Below, piece by piece: positions 19,417 through 28,202 of a stretch of 64,000 nucleotides of DNA (the stretch's first letter is position 1; each line of letters starts with the position of its first letter). The stretch is from positions 16,384 through 80,383 of the forward strand of contig CAZDLK010000002.1 of the NCBI GenBank assembly GCA_964506435.1. The letters run 5' to 3'. Both the position numbers and the translations under genes were made by a program. Under the pieces are notes generated by a model. The model was not told the DNA's origin, did not search any database, and saw only the letters and a program-made list of their open reading frames with translations. Source of the stretch: an uncultured Candidatus Bathyarchaeia archaeon (lineage in GTDB: Archaea; Thermoproteota; Bathyarchaeia; Bathyarchaeales; Bathycorpusculaceae).

Positions 19417-19854
19417 TCATTCGGCGCTTGCGTAGTACAGCAGAGGTATCGCGAGGAGCACCGTGTTCTTTCCTTTGCTCGTGAGCGCGTATTCCACCCG
19501 CAGGGGCGGTCCAGCGTCAACAGCACGGTCAATGTAGCCGTACGTCTTAAGCAGTTTAAGCTTGTCTGATAACGTGCGCGAATTAATGCCTAGGGTTTTC
19601 TTGAATCCGCTGAAGCCCACCGTGGTTCTTAGAAACAGCGTGTAGAGAATTTCAAGGTTCCATTTCTGGAGCAGCACGGTGAAGCTTTCTTCAAGGCTCT
19701 TCAGCTCTTCCTTCAACTCTTGCGGCGTAATTTTCTGTGTCTCAAATATTTGTTTAAGCGTGTCTTCTATGCCTTTGAGCGTCTGTTCAAGGCGGGCTTC
19801 CACGAGTTTGCGGAGTTCAGCACTTAACGTTACTGGTGCGCTCATTGTGGTCAC
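19417..19854 (-). CDS. HxlR-type winged-helix transcriptional regulator with N-terminal helical extension
   Basis: KWNLEILYTLF...FSGFKKTLGINSRTLSDKLKLLKTYGYIDR...RVEYALTSKG. Confidence 0.7.
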   Translation of the reverse strand: MTTMSAPVTLSAELRKLVEARLEQTLKGIEDTLKQIFETQKITPQELKEELKSLEESFTVLLQKWNLEILYTLFLRTTVGFSGFKKTLGINSRTLSDKLKLLKTYGYIDRAVDAGPPLRVEYALTSKGKNTVLLAIPLLYYASAE

Positions 19855-19939
19855 ACTTGGTGTGTTATGGCTTACTTCAGGGTTTATAAGGGTTTACTTA
19901 TACAACAAGATATACAAAGTACATCATGTTCACGGGTTG

Positions 19940-20125
19940 ATGAGAACCATGGGTTGGAACATAAACAATGATAAGTGTCTCCGCTGCGGCGGCTGCGTTT
20001 CCGTTTGTCCAGTTGCGGCTTTAGAATTAAGAGACAATGTGATAAATGACGTTAAATTATGCACGCTGTGCGGCATATGCGAAAAAGCTTGCCCAGTAGA
20101 GGCAATAAAGGTGACCAAAGAATGA
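19940..20125 (+). CDS. 2x[4Fe-4S] ferredoxin (61 aa)
   Basis: CLRCGGCVSVCP and CTLCGICEKACP. The start is an internal ATG of track ORF 19679..20125. Its stop overlaps the GGR start (ATGA at 20122-20125). Confidence 0.75.
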   Translation: MRTMGWNINNDKCLRCGGCVSVCPVAALELRDNVINDVKLCTLCGICEKACPVEAIKVTKE

Positions 20126-21285
20126 TAGACGCTATAATCATCGGCGCGGGACCAGCGGGAACTGCCTGCGCGAAGAAACTAGCTGAAAACGGTTTCTCAG
20201 TGAAAGTGTTTGACAAAAGAGCCGAGATTGGGGCGCCAAAGCGCTGCGGAGAAGGCTTAAGCGAAGCATCTCAGGCAGTTGTTGGAAAGATTCCGGACAG
20301 ATGTATCGCACATAAAATCAAGGGCGCAAGACTGTATGCGCCTGACGGCAGATATTTGGATGCAATATTATCCGAGGGCGGTTTTGTGCTTGAACGAAAA
20401 GTGTTTGACAAGTGGCTTGCTGAAGAAGCCGTCAAAGCAGGAGCAGCAGTGCAGGCTAACACGTTCATTTCTGACATTGTGAAGGATGAAAGAGGCTATT
20501 TTGTCGGTGTCAAAGGCGAGTTCTTAGGCAACGAGTTTGAAGAAAAAGCCCGTGTTGTTGTCTGCGCTGTTGGCGCGGAGTCGCCTTTGAGGAACAAAGC
20601 GTTAGGCGTGTTCTCGAAAGTAAACTTGATTGATTCGTGTCTGCAGTATGAAATGACGAACGTTGATGTGGTTCACGACCTTATTCACATTTACTTGTCC
20701 AGCGTGCTGGCGCCTAGAGGGTACGTGTGGGTGTTTCCGAAAGGTGAACATAGAGCCAACGTGGGGCTCGGCATTATTCCGCAGGACAAGAAGCCGAAAG
20801 CGTATCTGGATGAGTTTCTGAAGTTGCATCCGGAAATAAGCAAAGGCTCAATTTTGGAGGTAAACGCTGGCTGTGTTCCTGTAGGCGGAATGGTGAAAGA
20901 CATGGTTGCTAACGGCTTCGTACTCTGCGGGGAAGCAGCGAATCACGTTAATCCTATTCACGGCGGAGGCATCAAGGAAGCAGTCATTTCTGGTCAAATG
21001 GCGGCTGACACTATAGCTGAATGCTTGCGGAAGAATGATGTTTCAAAGAGGGCGCTGTCGAAGTTTAATGATGCTTGGTGGAAGGAAAGAGGCGACCACT
21101 TGAAAAAAGTTGAAAAGCTGAGGGAGACGCTGGAGAAGCTGTCTGACGGCGACTTGAATGACTTGGTTGACACGCTTAAGCCAGAAGACATAATTGATTT
21201 TTCGAGGGGCGCAAAACTTTCCGTTTTGGCTAAGGTTTTGATGAGAAAACCAAAACTGGTAAGCATAGCAAGACACCTCTTGTAA
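20122..21285 (+). CDS. Geranylgeranyl reductase family flavoprotein
   Basis: N-terminal FAD fold MIDAIIIGAGPAGTACAKKLAENGF. About 387 aa. The track ORF begins 63 nt earlier, inside the ferredoxin gene. Confidence 0.85.
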   Translation: MIDAIIIGAGPAGTACAKKLAENGFSVKVFDKRAEIGAPKRCGEGLSEASQAVVGKIPDRCIAHKIKGARLYAPDGRYLDAILSEGGFVLERKVFDKWLAEEAVKAGAAVQANTFISDIVKDERGYFVGVKGEFLGNEFEEKARVVVCAVGAESPLRNKALGVFSKVNLIDSCLQYEMTNVDVVHDLIHIYLSSVLAPRGYVWVFPKGEHRANVGLGIIPQDKKPKAYLDEFLKLHPEISKGSILEVNAGCVPVGGMVKDMVANGFVLCGEAANHVNPIHGGGIKEAVISGQMAADTIAECLRKNDVSKRALSKFNDAWWKERGDHLKKVEKLRETLEKLSDGDLNDLVDTLKPEDIIDFSRGAKLSVLAKVLMRKPKLVSIARHLL

Positions 21286-21380
21286 ACGCCTCTACCCTTT
21301 CGTATCTCTCTATTCAAAAAGGGGAAGGGCATACATTTCAGAGTCGTAAACAAAAAAGGGATTGTTAATTGAAGCTATTG

Positions 21381-21692
21381 TTATCTGACCATTCGTTTGT
21401 TGTCTTGTGAACTCATTGAACGCCTAAAGGCGGTTCTCATCTGCAGCGCTTTATATTCTTTGTACGTCAGCTTGCTCTCTGGATAGAGCTGTTTAAATCG
21501 CCTATACGGCAGTCTCAAGTCAAGCTCCATCTGGCTGCTGAATTCGCCCGGTATGTACGTAGCTCGTCTGCTACTGCGGTAGCGTTCAATGTGCCTAGTT
21601 CTTTTCTGCGCTTTAATTGCGATCAGTATTGCGATTATGAATAGCAGTCCTAATACGATTAGTGAAATAGCTGGGTAGATGATGATGTCCAC
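21381..21692 (-). CDS. Small single-TM basic protein, unknown function
   Basis: ORF track. Downstream of the stomatin gene, same strand. Confidence 0.35.
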   Translation of the reverse strand: MDIIIYPAISLIVLGLLFIIAILIAIKAQKRTRHIERYRSSRRATYIPGEFSSQMELDLRLPYRRFKQLYPESKLTYKEYKALQMRTAFRRSMSSQDNKRMVR

Positions 21693-21706
21693 GGTTGTTC
21701 ACCGCC

Positions 21707-22636
21707 TTACTTGTTTACGGCGGCGTCGTCCTGCTTAGACTTGCTCTTGACCGGCAGCACTGTGGCGCCTTCAAGCCCGATGACGTTTAAGATGTCAGCG
21801 TTTGATGGAACCACGATTTTGGTTTGCTGTGAGAACGTGTCGCGGATCACGTCGAGTTTCTTGTTTAGTTGAGCGTTGTCTTTGAAGTACTGGTTTGCGG
21901 ATTCAGAAACGGCTTTTATGGCTTTAGCTTGAGCTTCTGCTACTAGTTCAACTGCTTTTGCTTGCCCTTCAGCACTAAGTATTGCAGCTTGCTTTTCACC
22001 TTGCGCTTTAAGGATGGCCCCTTGCTTTTCCTGTTCTGCCGCTTCTTTTCTTCCAGTTGCCAGCAAGCGTAGCTGGCGTCTTTCTTGCTCAGCGGTTTTC
22101 TGCTTATGCATCGCCGCTTGTATGTCTGCAGGCGGGTCTATTCTTTGAAGTTCGATGCGGTTGACTTTTGTGCCCCATTTGTCTGTGGCTTGGTCAAGTA
22201 CGCTGCGGAGTTCCACGTTTATTTTCTCTCTTGATGTTAAGCAGACATCAAGGGACATTTCGCCGACTATGTTTCTCAGGGTTGTTTGTGCGAGTTTGAC
22301 TATGGCTAGTTCGAAGTCTTCTATTTCGTAGAGTGCGCGCTTCGCGTCGACTACTTGGTAATAGATGACGGCGTCTATTGTGACGACGACGTTGTCTTCG
22401 GTGATGATTTCTTGCGGCGGGACATCTATTACTTGTTCTCGCATGTTGACGCGGAGCATTCGTTCGATGAAGGGTGTGATTAGTCTGAGTCCAGGTTCAA
22501 CGGTTTTTTCGTAGGCGTTGAATTTTTCAACTATTCCTTTTTCGTACTGGTTAACCTTTTTTATTGATAGAGACAGCAGGGTTAGTACGATTATAGCTAT
22601 TACTAGGCCTATTATTGATAGCTCAATTTCGAACAT
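21707..22636 (-). CDS. SPFH/Band-7 (stomatin/prohibitin-like) membrane protein
   Basis: N-terminal TM, SPFH core, A/E/Q-rich coiled-coil C-terminus. Paired with an NfeD-like gene. Confidence 0.85.
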   Translation of the reverse strand: MFEIELSIIGLVIAIIVLTLLSLSIKKVNQYEKGIVEKFNAYEKTVEPGLRLITPFIERMLRVNMREQVIDVPPQEIITEDNVVVTIDAVIYYQVVDAKRALYEIEDFELAIVKLAQTTLRNIVGEMSLDVCLTSREKINVELRSVLDQATDKWGTKVNRIELQRIDPPADIQAAMHKQKTAEQERRQLRLLATGRKEAAEQEKQGAILKAQGEKQAAILSAEGQAKAVELVAEAQAKAIKAVSESANQYFKDNAQLNKKLDVIRDTFSQQTKIVVPSNADILNVIGLEGATVLPVKSKSKQDDAAVNK

Positions 22637-22639
22637 TTT

Positions 22640-23089
22640 TTATTCGTTTACTCCTTCAACTATAAGGCTGACTCCTTCTGTTCTGATCACTCTTACTTTT
22701 GAGCCGCTTTTTATTGCTGCGTCGTCTGCTGGACGAGAGAGCCAGAGTTCGCCTCCGAGTTTGATTACCCCGCCGTCTAAAGGGTCGATGTCGGTTTTCG
22801 CAAGTGCTTCCTTGCCTACTAGGGCGTCAACGTTAGTTCTGGTTAGGCTAACGTTTAGTTTGTCCAGCAAGCCGCCGCCTCGCATTTCTTCAATTTTGAA
22901 TGTGGCGTCTTTCAGGTGGTTCATTCGCCTTATGAGTTCCCCGAAGTCGTCGCTGTTAAGCTCAACTTCTAGGCGGTAGCCTTTCGCTTGGCGGTTAAGC
23001 TTGTAGGCCATCCTGTATTTTTCAGCAAACTTCGAGAGTAGCTGTGCAAGCTTCAACTCGTCTGCTTCAACGGTAAGAGTGACTTTCAT
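22640..23089 (-). CDS. NfeD-like protein (C-terminal OB domain) without the usual membrane segment
   Basis: C-terminus GGELWLSRPADDAAIKSGSKVRVIRTEGVSLIVEGV. 3 nt upstream of the SPFH gene. Confidence 0.6.
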   Translation of the reverse strand: MKVTLTVEADELKLAQLLSKFAEKYRMAYKLNRQAKGYRLEVELNSDDFGELIRRMNHLKDATFKIEEMRGGGLLDKLNVSLTRTNVDALVGKEALAKTDIDPLDGGVIKLGGELWLSRPADDAAIKSGSKVRVIRTEGVSLIVEGVNE

Positions 23090-23101
23090 TTAGTCGCCCA
23101 A

Positions 23102-23160
23102 AATTGATAAGTATCAATTAGTATATAAGGTTATTGTAGCTCATCGAGCGTTATCGATGA
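23102..23160 (-). promoter_or_regulatory. Two perfect inverted repeats flanking a TATA-like box upstream of the NfeD/SPFH operon
   Basis: AATTGATA-ag-TATCAATT (23102-23119), gtatataagg, TCATCGA-gcgtta-TCGATGA (23141-23160). Confidence 0.35.
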
Positions 23161-23227
23161 ATATTGCACATTGAACCCACTCAGAAAAGCACTTGGAACA
23201 AACAAGACTATTGAACAGACATGGAAG

Positions 23228-24499
23228 CTAAGACTTTGAGCGGCGTTTCTGGAAGCAAAACAACAAACCAGCAGCCACAACAACAGCAGCGGCGGAAATA
23301 GCCAAAACAGGAACCGTTGGGAAAGGTTGTATTTCTGCGGACGATGGCGAAGGTGTTGGAGGAGATTCTGGGTTCGCTGCCGATGACGGCGTAGCCGTCG
23401 GTGTCGGCGTTACTGTAGGCGCCGTGGCGGTGGGTTCGGGGTCATTTGCTGTTCCGTAGCTGACAGGCGTGTACTGTTCATTCAGCGTGCTAGGGTACAT
23501 GAACGTCATGTAACCCCACTGTCCAGTGCGACCGCCAATCAGATAAAACAAGTCATCAACGACAGCAGCCTTTGCGATAAGCCTGTCAGTCGGCGCAGCT
23601 GTTCCAGTCGTCCAAGTGCCGCTTGCTGGGTTGTAAATGTCTGTTCGGTTTTCATCAAAAAAGTAAATCCGTTTAGGAGCTTTCACACCGGTTGTTGCGC
23701 CCGCCGTTGCTGCGTGACCTACAGGTGTAACGTCGCCAATACTCCAACTGTCACTTGCCGGGTCATAGGTCAGGATGACGTTTTGCCAGTCAGCATTTGG
23801 GTCTTCGCCTAAAACGTATATTTTGTTGTCAACAACCGCTGAAGCGGGACATGAAACATTAAGAGGTGCGGGTGTTTTTGTTGTCCACGAATTGGTTTCA
23901 GGGTCGTAAACCTCGTTTAAGTTGAAATTTTTCCAGAGGTCTGTCATTGTGTGCCCGCCGATTACGTAGATTTTTCCGTTCACAATGTTTGTGGCTGCGG
24001 AAAATCTAGGCGTCAGCATTGAAGCCTTAGTCTCCCATGTATCCATAGCTGGGTCATAGACTTCGTTTGCGCCTACATCGTAGTATTCAGTTTTCCAATC
24101 GTATGATTCTGGACCATAGAACACGATTGCACCGTTGTACCCGCCGATGCAGTAAATCTTGCCCTGATATACGGCTGTACCGAAAAGAGCACGAGAAGTG
24201 GGCATGGAAGCCTTTGAAACCCACGAATCTAAGACGGGGTCGTAAGCCTCAGTTACGTTTACAACATTATTAGTCATGCCCGTTCCTGTCATGCAGTTGC
24301 CCGTCTCAGAGCCTTCGTCGCCGCCGATGGCGTAAATCTTCCCGTCAACCACTGCAACTCCCAAATAAGCTCGTGCCACAGTCATCGGAGTCTTCGACAC
24401 CCATGTATCCGCAGAAGACGCAGAAACAGACGTGTACGTGACTGTACAGGAAACTGTTAGGAAGATGAGAGCAAATGGCAGAAAAACGCTTTTTCTCAT
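23228..24499 (-). CDS. Kelch-repeat beta-propeller surface protein with a T/P-rich stalk and a C-terminal PFPTVP-TM-basic anchor
   Basis: Signal peptide, repeated GKIYxIGG / W..K..MP blades. C-terminus QPFPTVPVLAISAAAVVVAAGLLFCFQKRRSKS. Confidence 0.75.
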   Translation of the reverse strand: MRKSVFLPFALIFLTVSCTVTYTSVSASSADTWVSKTPMTVARAYLGVAVVDGKIYAIGGDEGSETGNCMTGTGMTNNVVNVTEAYDPVLDSWVSKASMPTSRALFGTAVYQGKIYCIGGYNGAIVFYGPESYDWKTEYYDVGANEVYDPAMDTWETKASMLTPRFSAATNIVNGKIYVIGGHTMTDLWKNFNLNEVYDPETNSWTTKTPAPLNVSCPASAVVDNKIYVLGEDPNADWQNVILTYDPASDSWSIGDVTPVGHAATAGATTGVKAPKRIYFFDENRTDIYNPASGTWTTGTAAPTDRLIAKAAVVDDLFYLIGGRTGQWGYMTFMYPSTLNEQYTPVSYGTANDPEPTATAPTVTPTPTATPSSAANPESPPTPSPSSAEIQPFPTVPVLAISAAAVVVAAGLLFCFQKRRSKS

Positions 24500-25626
24500 A
24501 ATTTTTCCTCCTTTGTTTTCTTCCCGCGTTTCTTGCGGTAAACTAGCAAACCAGCAGCCACAATAACAGCGGGTACAGAAGTAACAAAAACGGGGACCGT
24601 TGGGAAAGGTTCTGGTTGAGGTTCTGGAGAAGATACTGTTGACGAGGGCTCTGGAGTAGCTGAAAGTGTCGGCGAAGGAGATGAAACGGAAGAGATTTCA
24701 AATGGTTTCATTAGCGGGTAGTTATCTTGGTTGTTCTCGTCAATAACATAAGGAGTGTCTCCTACTGAATTCCCGTCATTGTCGGTTCCGTTGTAGTCGC
24801 TCCAGTAGTTTTCGTTAATGGTGTTTACCGAAACATTGTACCCAAATGTCAGTGCATATGTTTCATTAGCTGAAAATTGAACGGTGTTACCAACATAATT
24901 ATTGTTGGATATAGTATTCCTGTTAGAAGCATAGATGGTTGTTCCGTATCCTGAATGTGATATGTTATTTCCCAGTATTGTGTTATCGTTTGAATATTGA
25001 AATCTGATGGCTACGTCTTGGCAGTTTGTTATCGTATTTCCTGTAACAGTATTATTATTGCTGCTTTGCCAAATCTGGATTCCCTCAACGCACGAGTCAA
25101 TGTAATTCTCATTCACCAAATTATTGCTTGAATAGCTTAGTTGGATAGCGGATGAAAGCCCGATTGACTCGAAAATATTTCCAGTGATACTATTATTATC
25201 GCCGTGGACTAATATTACGCCATGCTGACCGCCAGCTATCCTGTTTCCTGAAATATCAGAGTTATTAGAACCCATCTGGATTCCAGCATAACCATAAAGC
25301 AACGTGAACCCAGAAACTGATACGCCATCACACTGTATAGTTATAGGTACTCTGTATCCTTCAGGAGAATTTCCATCAATTATTGTTGCATCCCTATCTT
25401 CTCCAATCAAAGATAATGATTTGTTAATTCCAAGATTCTCATGGTAAGTACCTTTCCTTACGTAAATTGTATCGCCTTTTGACGCATTGCCAATAGCGTC
25501 TTGGATAGAAGCATAATCATCTGGAACAATGATTGTTTTAGGCTCAGCAGAAACGAGCAAAGGCGTGACACAGCATGAAACAGCTAAGAAGACGACAAAC
25601 AGCACCAGAGCAGCATGGCTCCTCAT
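24496..25626 (-). CDS. Right-handed parallel beta-helix (PbH1/NosD-like) surface protein with the same C-terminal anchor
   Basis: Repeated N-I/V-x-G-N units. C-terminus EPFPTVPVFVTSVPAVIVAAGLLVYRKKRGKK. 4-nt overlaps with both neighbours. Confidence 0.7.
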   Translation of the reverse strand: MRSHAALVLFVVFLAVSCCVTPLLVSAEPKTIIVPDDYASIQDAIGNASKGDTIYVRKGTYHENLGINKSLSLIGEDRDATIIDGNSPEGYRVPITIQCDGVSVSGFTLLYGYAGIQMGSNNSDISGNRIAGGQHGVILVHGDNNSITGNIFESIGLSSAIQLSYSSNNLVNENYIDSCVEGIQIWQSSNNNTVTGNTITNCQDVAIRFQYSNDNTILGNNISHSGYGTTIYASNRNTISNNNYVGNTVQFSANETYALTFGYNVSVNTINENYWSDYNGTDNDGNSVGDTPYVIDENNQDNYPLMKPFEISSVSSPSPTLSATPEPSSTVSSPEPQPEPFPTVPVFVTSVPAVIVAAGLLVYRKKRGKKTKEEKL

Positions 25627-26939
25627 GGGTGTTCCCCTCCTCGTTTACGTTTTTTGAAGTAAACCAGCAAACCAGCACCCGCCGCAACAATTGCAATTAA
25701 GAATGCGGACGCGACGGGAACAGTGGGGAAGGGCTCTGACGCCGTTACGGTGAAATGAATTGTTTCGGATACTCCCATGTTACCGTAAGTGTCGATAGCG
25801 TAGACAGTGACGTTGTGCAAGCCAGTAGACAAGCCTGTGAGGGTGAAGTTGCCCGTAACTGTTGCGTTTTCCGCGCAGTCAAGACTGTAATCTGTCTGGT
25901 TAAATGGTTTATCCACGGTGAAAATGAAGGAGATGCTGGTTTCGTTGTAGCTCTGGTTCAGAGGCGACAAAACGGATATTTTCGGCGGTATTGCCCTAAG
26001 CAGGTAGTCGCCAAGGTCAAGAGGCCGCAAGAGTGGGTAGTGGTCGGTGTTTGCTGCGTATTGAGCGTTTATCTTGGTCCAGTGATCCTTTGCTTCTTGT
26101 CTACTGAGAGTTGAAGGGTCAACGTAGTTGTCGGGTTTTACAAAGTAGGGTGTATCACCTACACCAGTGCTGTCTTTCTCAGTTGCGTTGGGGTATCTTG
26201 TCTGGTAATCGCTCCAGTAGTTCCCAAAATGTTGGCCGTCGTCCCAAATGTTGAACGATGGCAAAGAATGCCCATAGTAACCTTGATCTTGAATTAGAAT
26301 TTCGTTGTTGAGAAAGTTGTTATGGTAAATGCGGTTATTTGAGCTATCATAGATGATGAATGTAATGGAGGATTCTATGAAGTTATTTTCAACTATTTGG
26401 TTATTTGAGCATTTTTTGGGGTTCAAGCTTAGAAGAATTATGCCAACTCTGTTGCCGTATAGGTTATTGCCTTCTATGCTGTTTGAACTTGCGTCATGAA
26501 GTGCTATTGCAGCGGTTGTTTGTGAAAGAGCATAGATGCCGTTGTCTATGCCACTTATGGTGTTGTTTGAAATTGTGTTTGACGCCCCGATTATTTGGAT
26601 ACCGATTGCGCCGCCAGTGATTAAGAAGTTGGTAACGGTGACGCCTGAAACACCTTTTAATGTTATTCCAATACTAAAGATTGAAGGGACAGCCAGTCTA
26701 TGATTGCCTCCGTTAAGCACTATGTTGTCTTTGTTTACCGTTATACTCCCATTAACGTCGCTTGTCAATGAATAAACGTTGCCTGTTCGCTTCAGGGGCG
26801 CAGTTGACGGACTCACGCTTCCAGAAGCATCGATAGTGATTTCGCCGTCATATTCAGCTATAGCAGGTTTGGCTTCAACATGTAAGAACACCGCCAAAAA
26901 AGCTATAGTAAGCAGTAAAACAGCAGTTTTCCTAATCAT
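25623..26939 (-). CDS. Beta-helix plus Ig-like domain surface protein with the same C-terminal anchor
   Basis: PbH1-like repeats. An Ig-like module (ISVLSPLNQSY...LHNVTVYAIDTYGN) is shared with the next gene. C-terminus EPFPTVPVASAFLIAIVAAGAGLLVYFKKRKR. Confidence 0.7.
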   Translation of the reverse strand: MIRKTAVLLLTIAFLAVFLHVEAKPAIAEYDGEITIDASGSVSPSTAPLKRTGNVYSLTSDVNGSITVNKDNIVLNGGNHRLAVPSIFSIGITLKGVSGVTVTNFLITGGAIGIQIIGASNTISNNTISGIDNGIYALSQTTAAIALHDASSNSIEGNNLYGNRVGIILLSLNPKKCSNNQIVENNFIESSITFIIYDSSNNRIYHNNFLNNEILIQDQGYYGHSLPSFNIWDDGQHFGNYWSDYQTRYPNATEKDSTGVGDTPYFVKPDNYVDPSTLSRQEAKDHWTKINAQYAANTDHYPLLRPLDLGDYLLRAIPPKISVLSPLNQSYNETSISFIFTVDKPFNQTDYSLDCAENATVTGNFTLTGLSTGLHNVTVYAIDTYGNMGVSETIHFTVTASEPFPTVPVASAFLIAIVAAGAGLLVYFKKRKRGGEHP

Positions 26940-27796
26940 AAGTGCTCAGCCTCACGTTTGCGCTTCTTGAAGAAAACTAGCAGAGTTGCACTTACTATAG
27001 CTACTGATGCTACGGGGGCTATAGGCATCGTTGTTGGGGAAGGTTCAGGCTCGGCAATGGTGAAGCATACGGTACCAGAAGAACCAACGTTTTCCGCTTC
27101 ATCCCAAGCGTAAACTGCCACGTTATGAACCCCAACGGACAAACCAGACAAGGTTGTATTGCCAGCAATCGTCACATTATCCTGTGCATCTAAGCTGTAT
27201 TGAATCTGGGATGCCGCCTCGTTCACTGTGAAGCTCAATGGAATATCATATGTGAAATATGTTTTGTTTTCCACTGACAAAACCGAAACATTTGGAGGCA
27301 TAGTATTGATTGTGAAATTAACGCTTGAAAAATTGGTACTGTTAAACGCGTGCATAGCGGCTCTTCTTATGTACGTGCCCTCTTCAAGTGCATAAACCGT
27401 TATTGTATGTTTTCCTTCAGGTACGGTAAGTTCACAAAGCGAGTACTCCAGTCTCTTGTGTACATCCAAAACATCGTGGACAGGGTCATAAAACTGGTAA
27501 ACGTAAGTTCGGTTTTTATTCCAATCTGATGTGTAATACACTTTGCTTATCGACGTATAGAAAGCGGTTGTTGACTTACCTACTTCTGCTTTGAAGTTGA
27601 TGGTAACGTTGTTTCCGTTGACAACTGTGCTGAGTATTTCGATTGTAGGCGGGTTAGTGCTCTCGTCCGGTAGAACATCTTCCCCAAATGGAAACGGGTT
27701 AGGATTAGCTGTCGCAAAATTAACAAACTGAGTTCCAGCTACCGCTGAGAATAGAAGCGCCCAGATAACTGTTAGCACCAATGCCTTTCTCTTCAT
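26936..27796 (-). CDS. Ig-like-domain surface protein with a variant of the C-terminal anchor
   Basis: I prefer the start at ATG 27796 (MKRKALVL...); the track uses TTG at 27805. C-terminus EPEPSPTTMPIAPVASVAIVSATLLVFFKKRKRE. Confidence 0.55.
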   Translation of the reverse strand: MKRKALVLTVIWALLFSAVAGTQFVNFATANPNPFPFGEDVLPDESTNPPTIEILSTVVNGNNVTINFKAEVGKSTTAFYTSISKVYYTSDWNKNRTYVYQFYDPVHDVLDVHKRLEYSLCELTVPEGKHTITVYALEEGTYIRRAAMHAFNSTNFSSVNFTINTMPPNVSVLSVENKTYFTYDIPLSFTVNEAASQIQYSLDAQDNVTIAGNTTLSGLSVGVHNVAVYAWDEAENVGSSGTVCFTIAEPEPSPTTMPIAPVASVAIVSATLLVFFKKRKREAEHL

Positions 27797-27828
27797 ACAC
27801 ACCAAACTATTAGGGGGCTATTAATGCT

Positions 27829-27896
27829 GTAAAAGCGTTTTTATCAAGGTTTCTTGACTAAACGGGCTTTTTGCCAGTCAAAGTTTCTTGACAAAC
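27829..27896 (-). promoter_or_regulatory. Promoter/operator module P1, with two TCAAG-N4-CTTGA-type palindromes; about 90 percent identical to 50343-50408
   Basis: gtaaaagcgtttttatcaaggtttcttgactaaacgggctttttgccagtcaaagtttcttgacaaac. It ends 32 nt upstream of the ATG at 27796. Confidence 0.5.
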
Positions 27897-27899
27897 AGC

Positions 27900-28030
27900 A
27901 TTTGGAGCCTAATAGTCAATCTATGCAGAAAAATAGGAGGGGGAGGGGTCGCTATTGGCTGATTTTCACGCCATTAGCATGTTGAAAACGCCAAGCCTAT
28001 TTGGAGCCTATTAGAAATAGTATGCAGAAA
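27900..28030. repeat. Two copies of a 32-nt direct repeat (27900-27931 and 27999-28030) in a divergent intergenic region
   Basis: atttggagcctaatagtcaatctatgcagaaa versus atttggagcctattagaaatagtatgcagaaa. Confidence 0.4.
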
Positions 28031-28202
28031 CCTATAATGGGTAGGTCTACACCGTTTCTTCCGCAGCTATTTATAGTATAAATAAGGGGGCTATAGTTTT
28101 TGCCGAGCATAAAGCTGCAGCTTATCACTCTGATGACTTTGAGGGAATTGGATAAAACATATCTAATCGTAGAGCAACATTTCTCTTCGCGTTCAACGTC
28201 TG

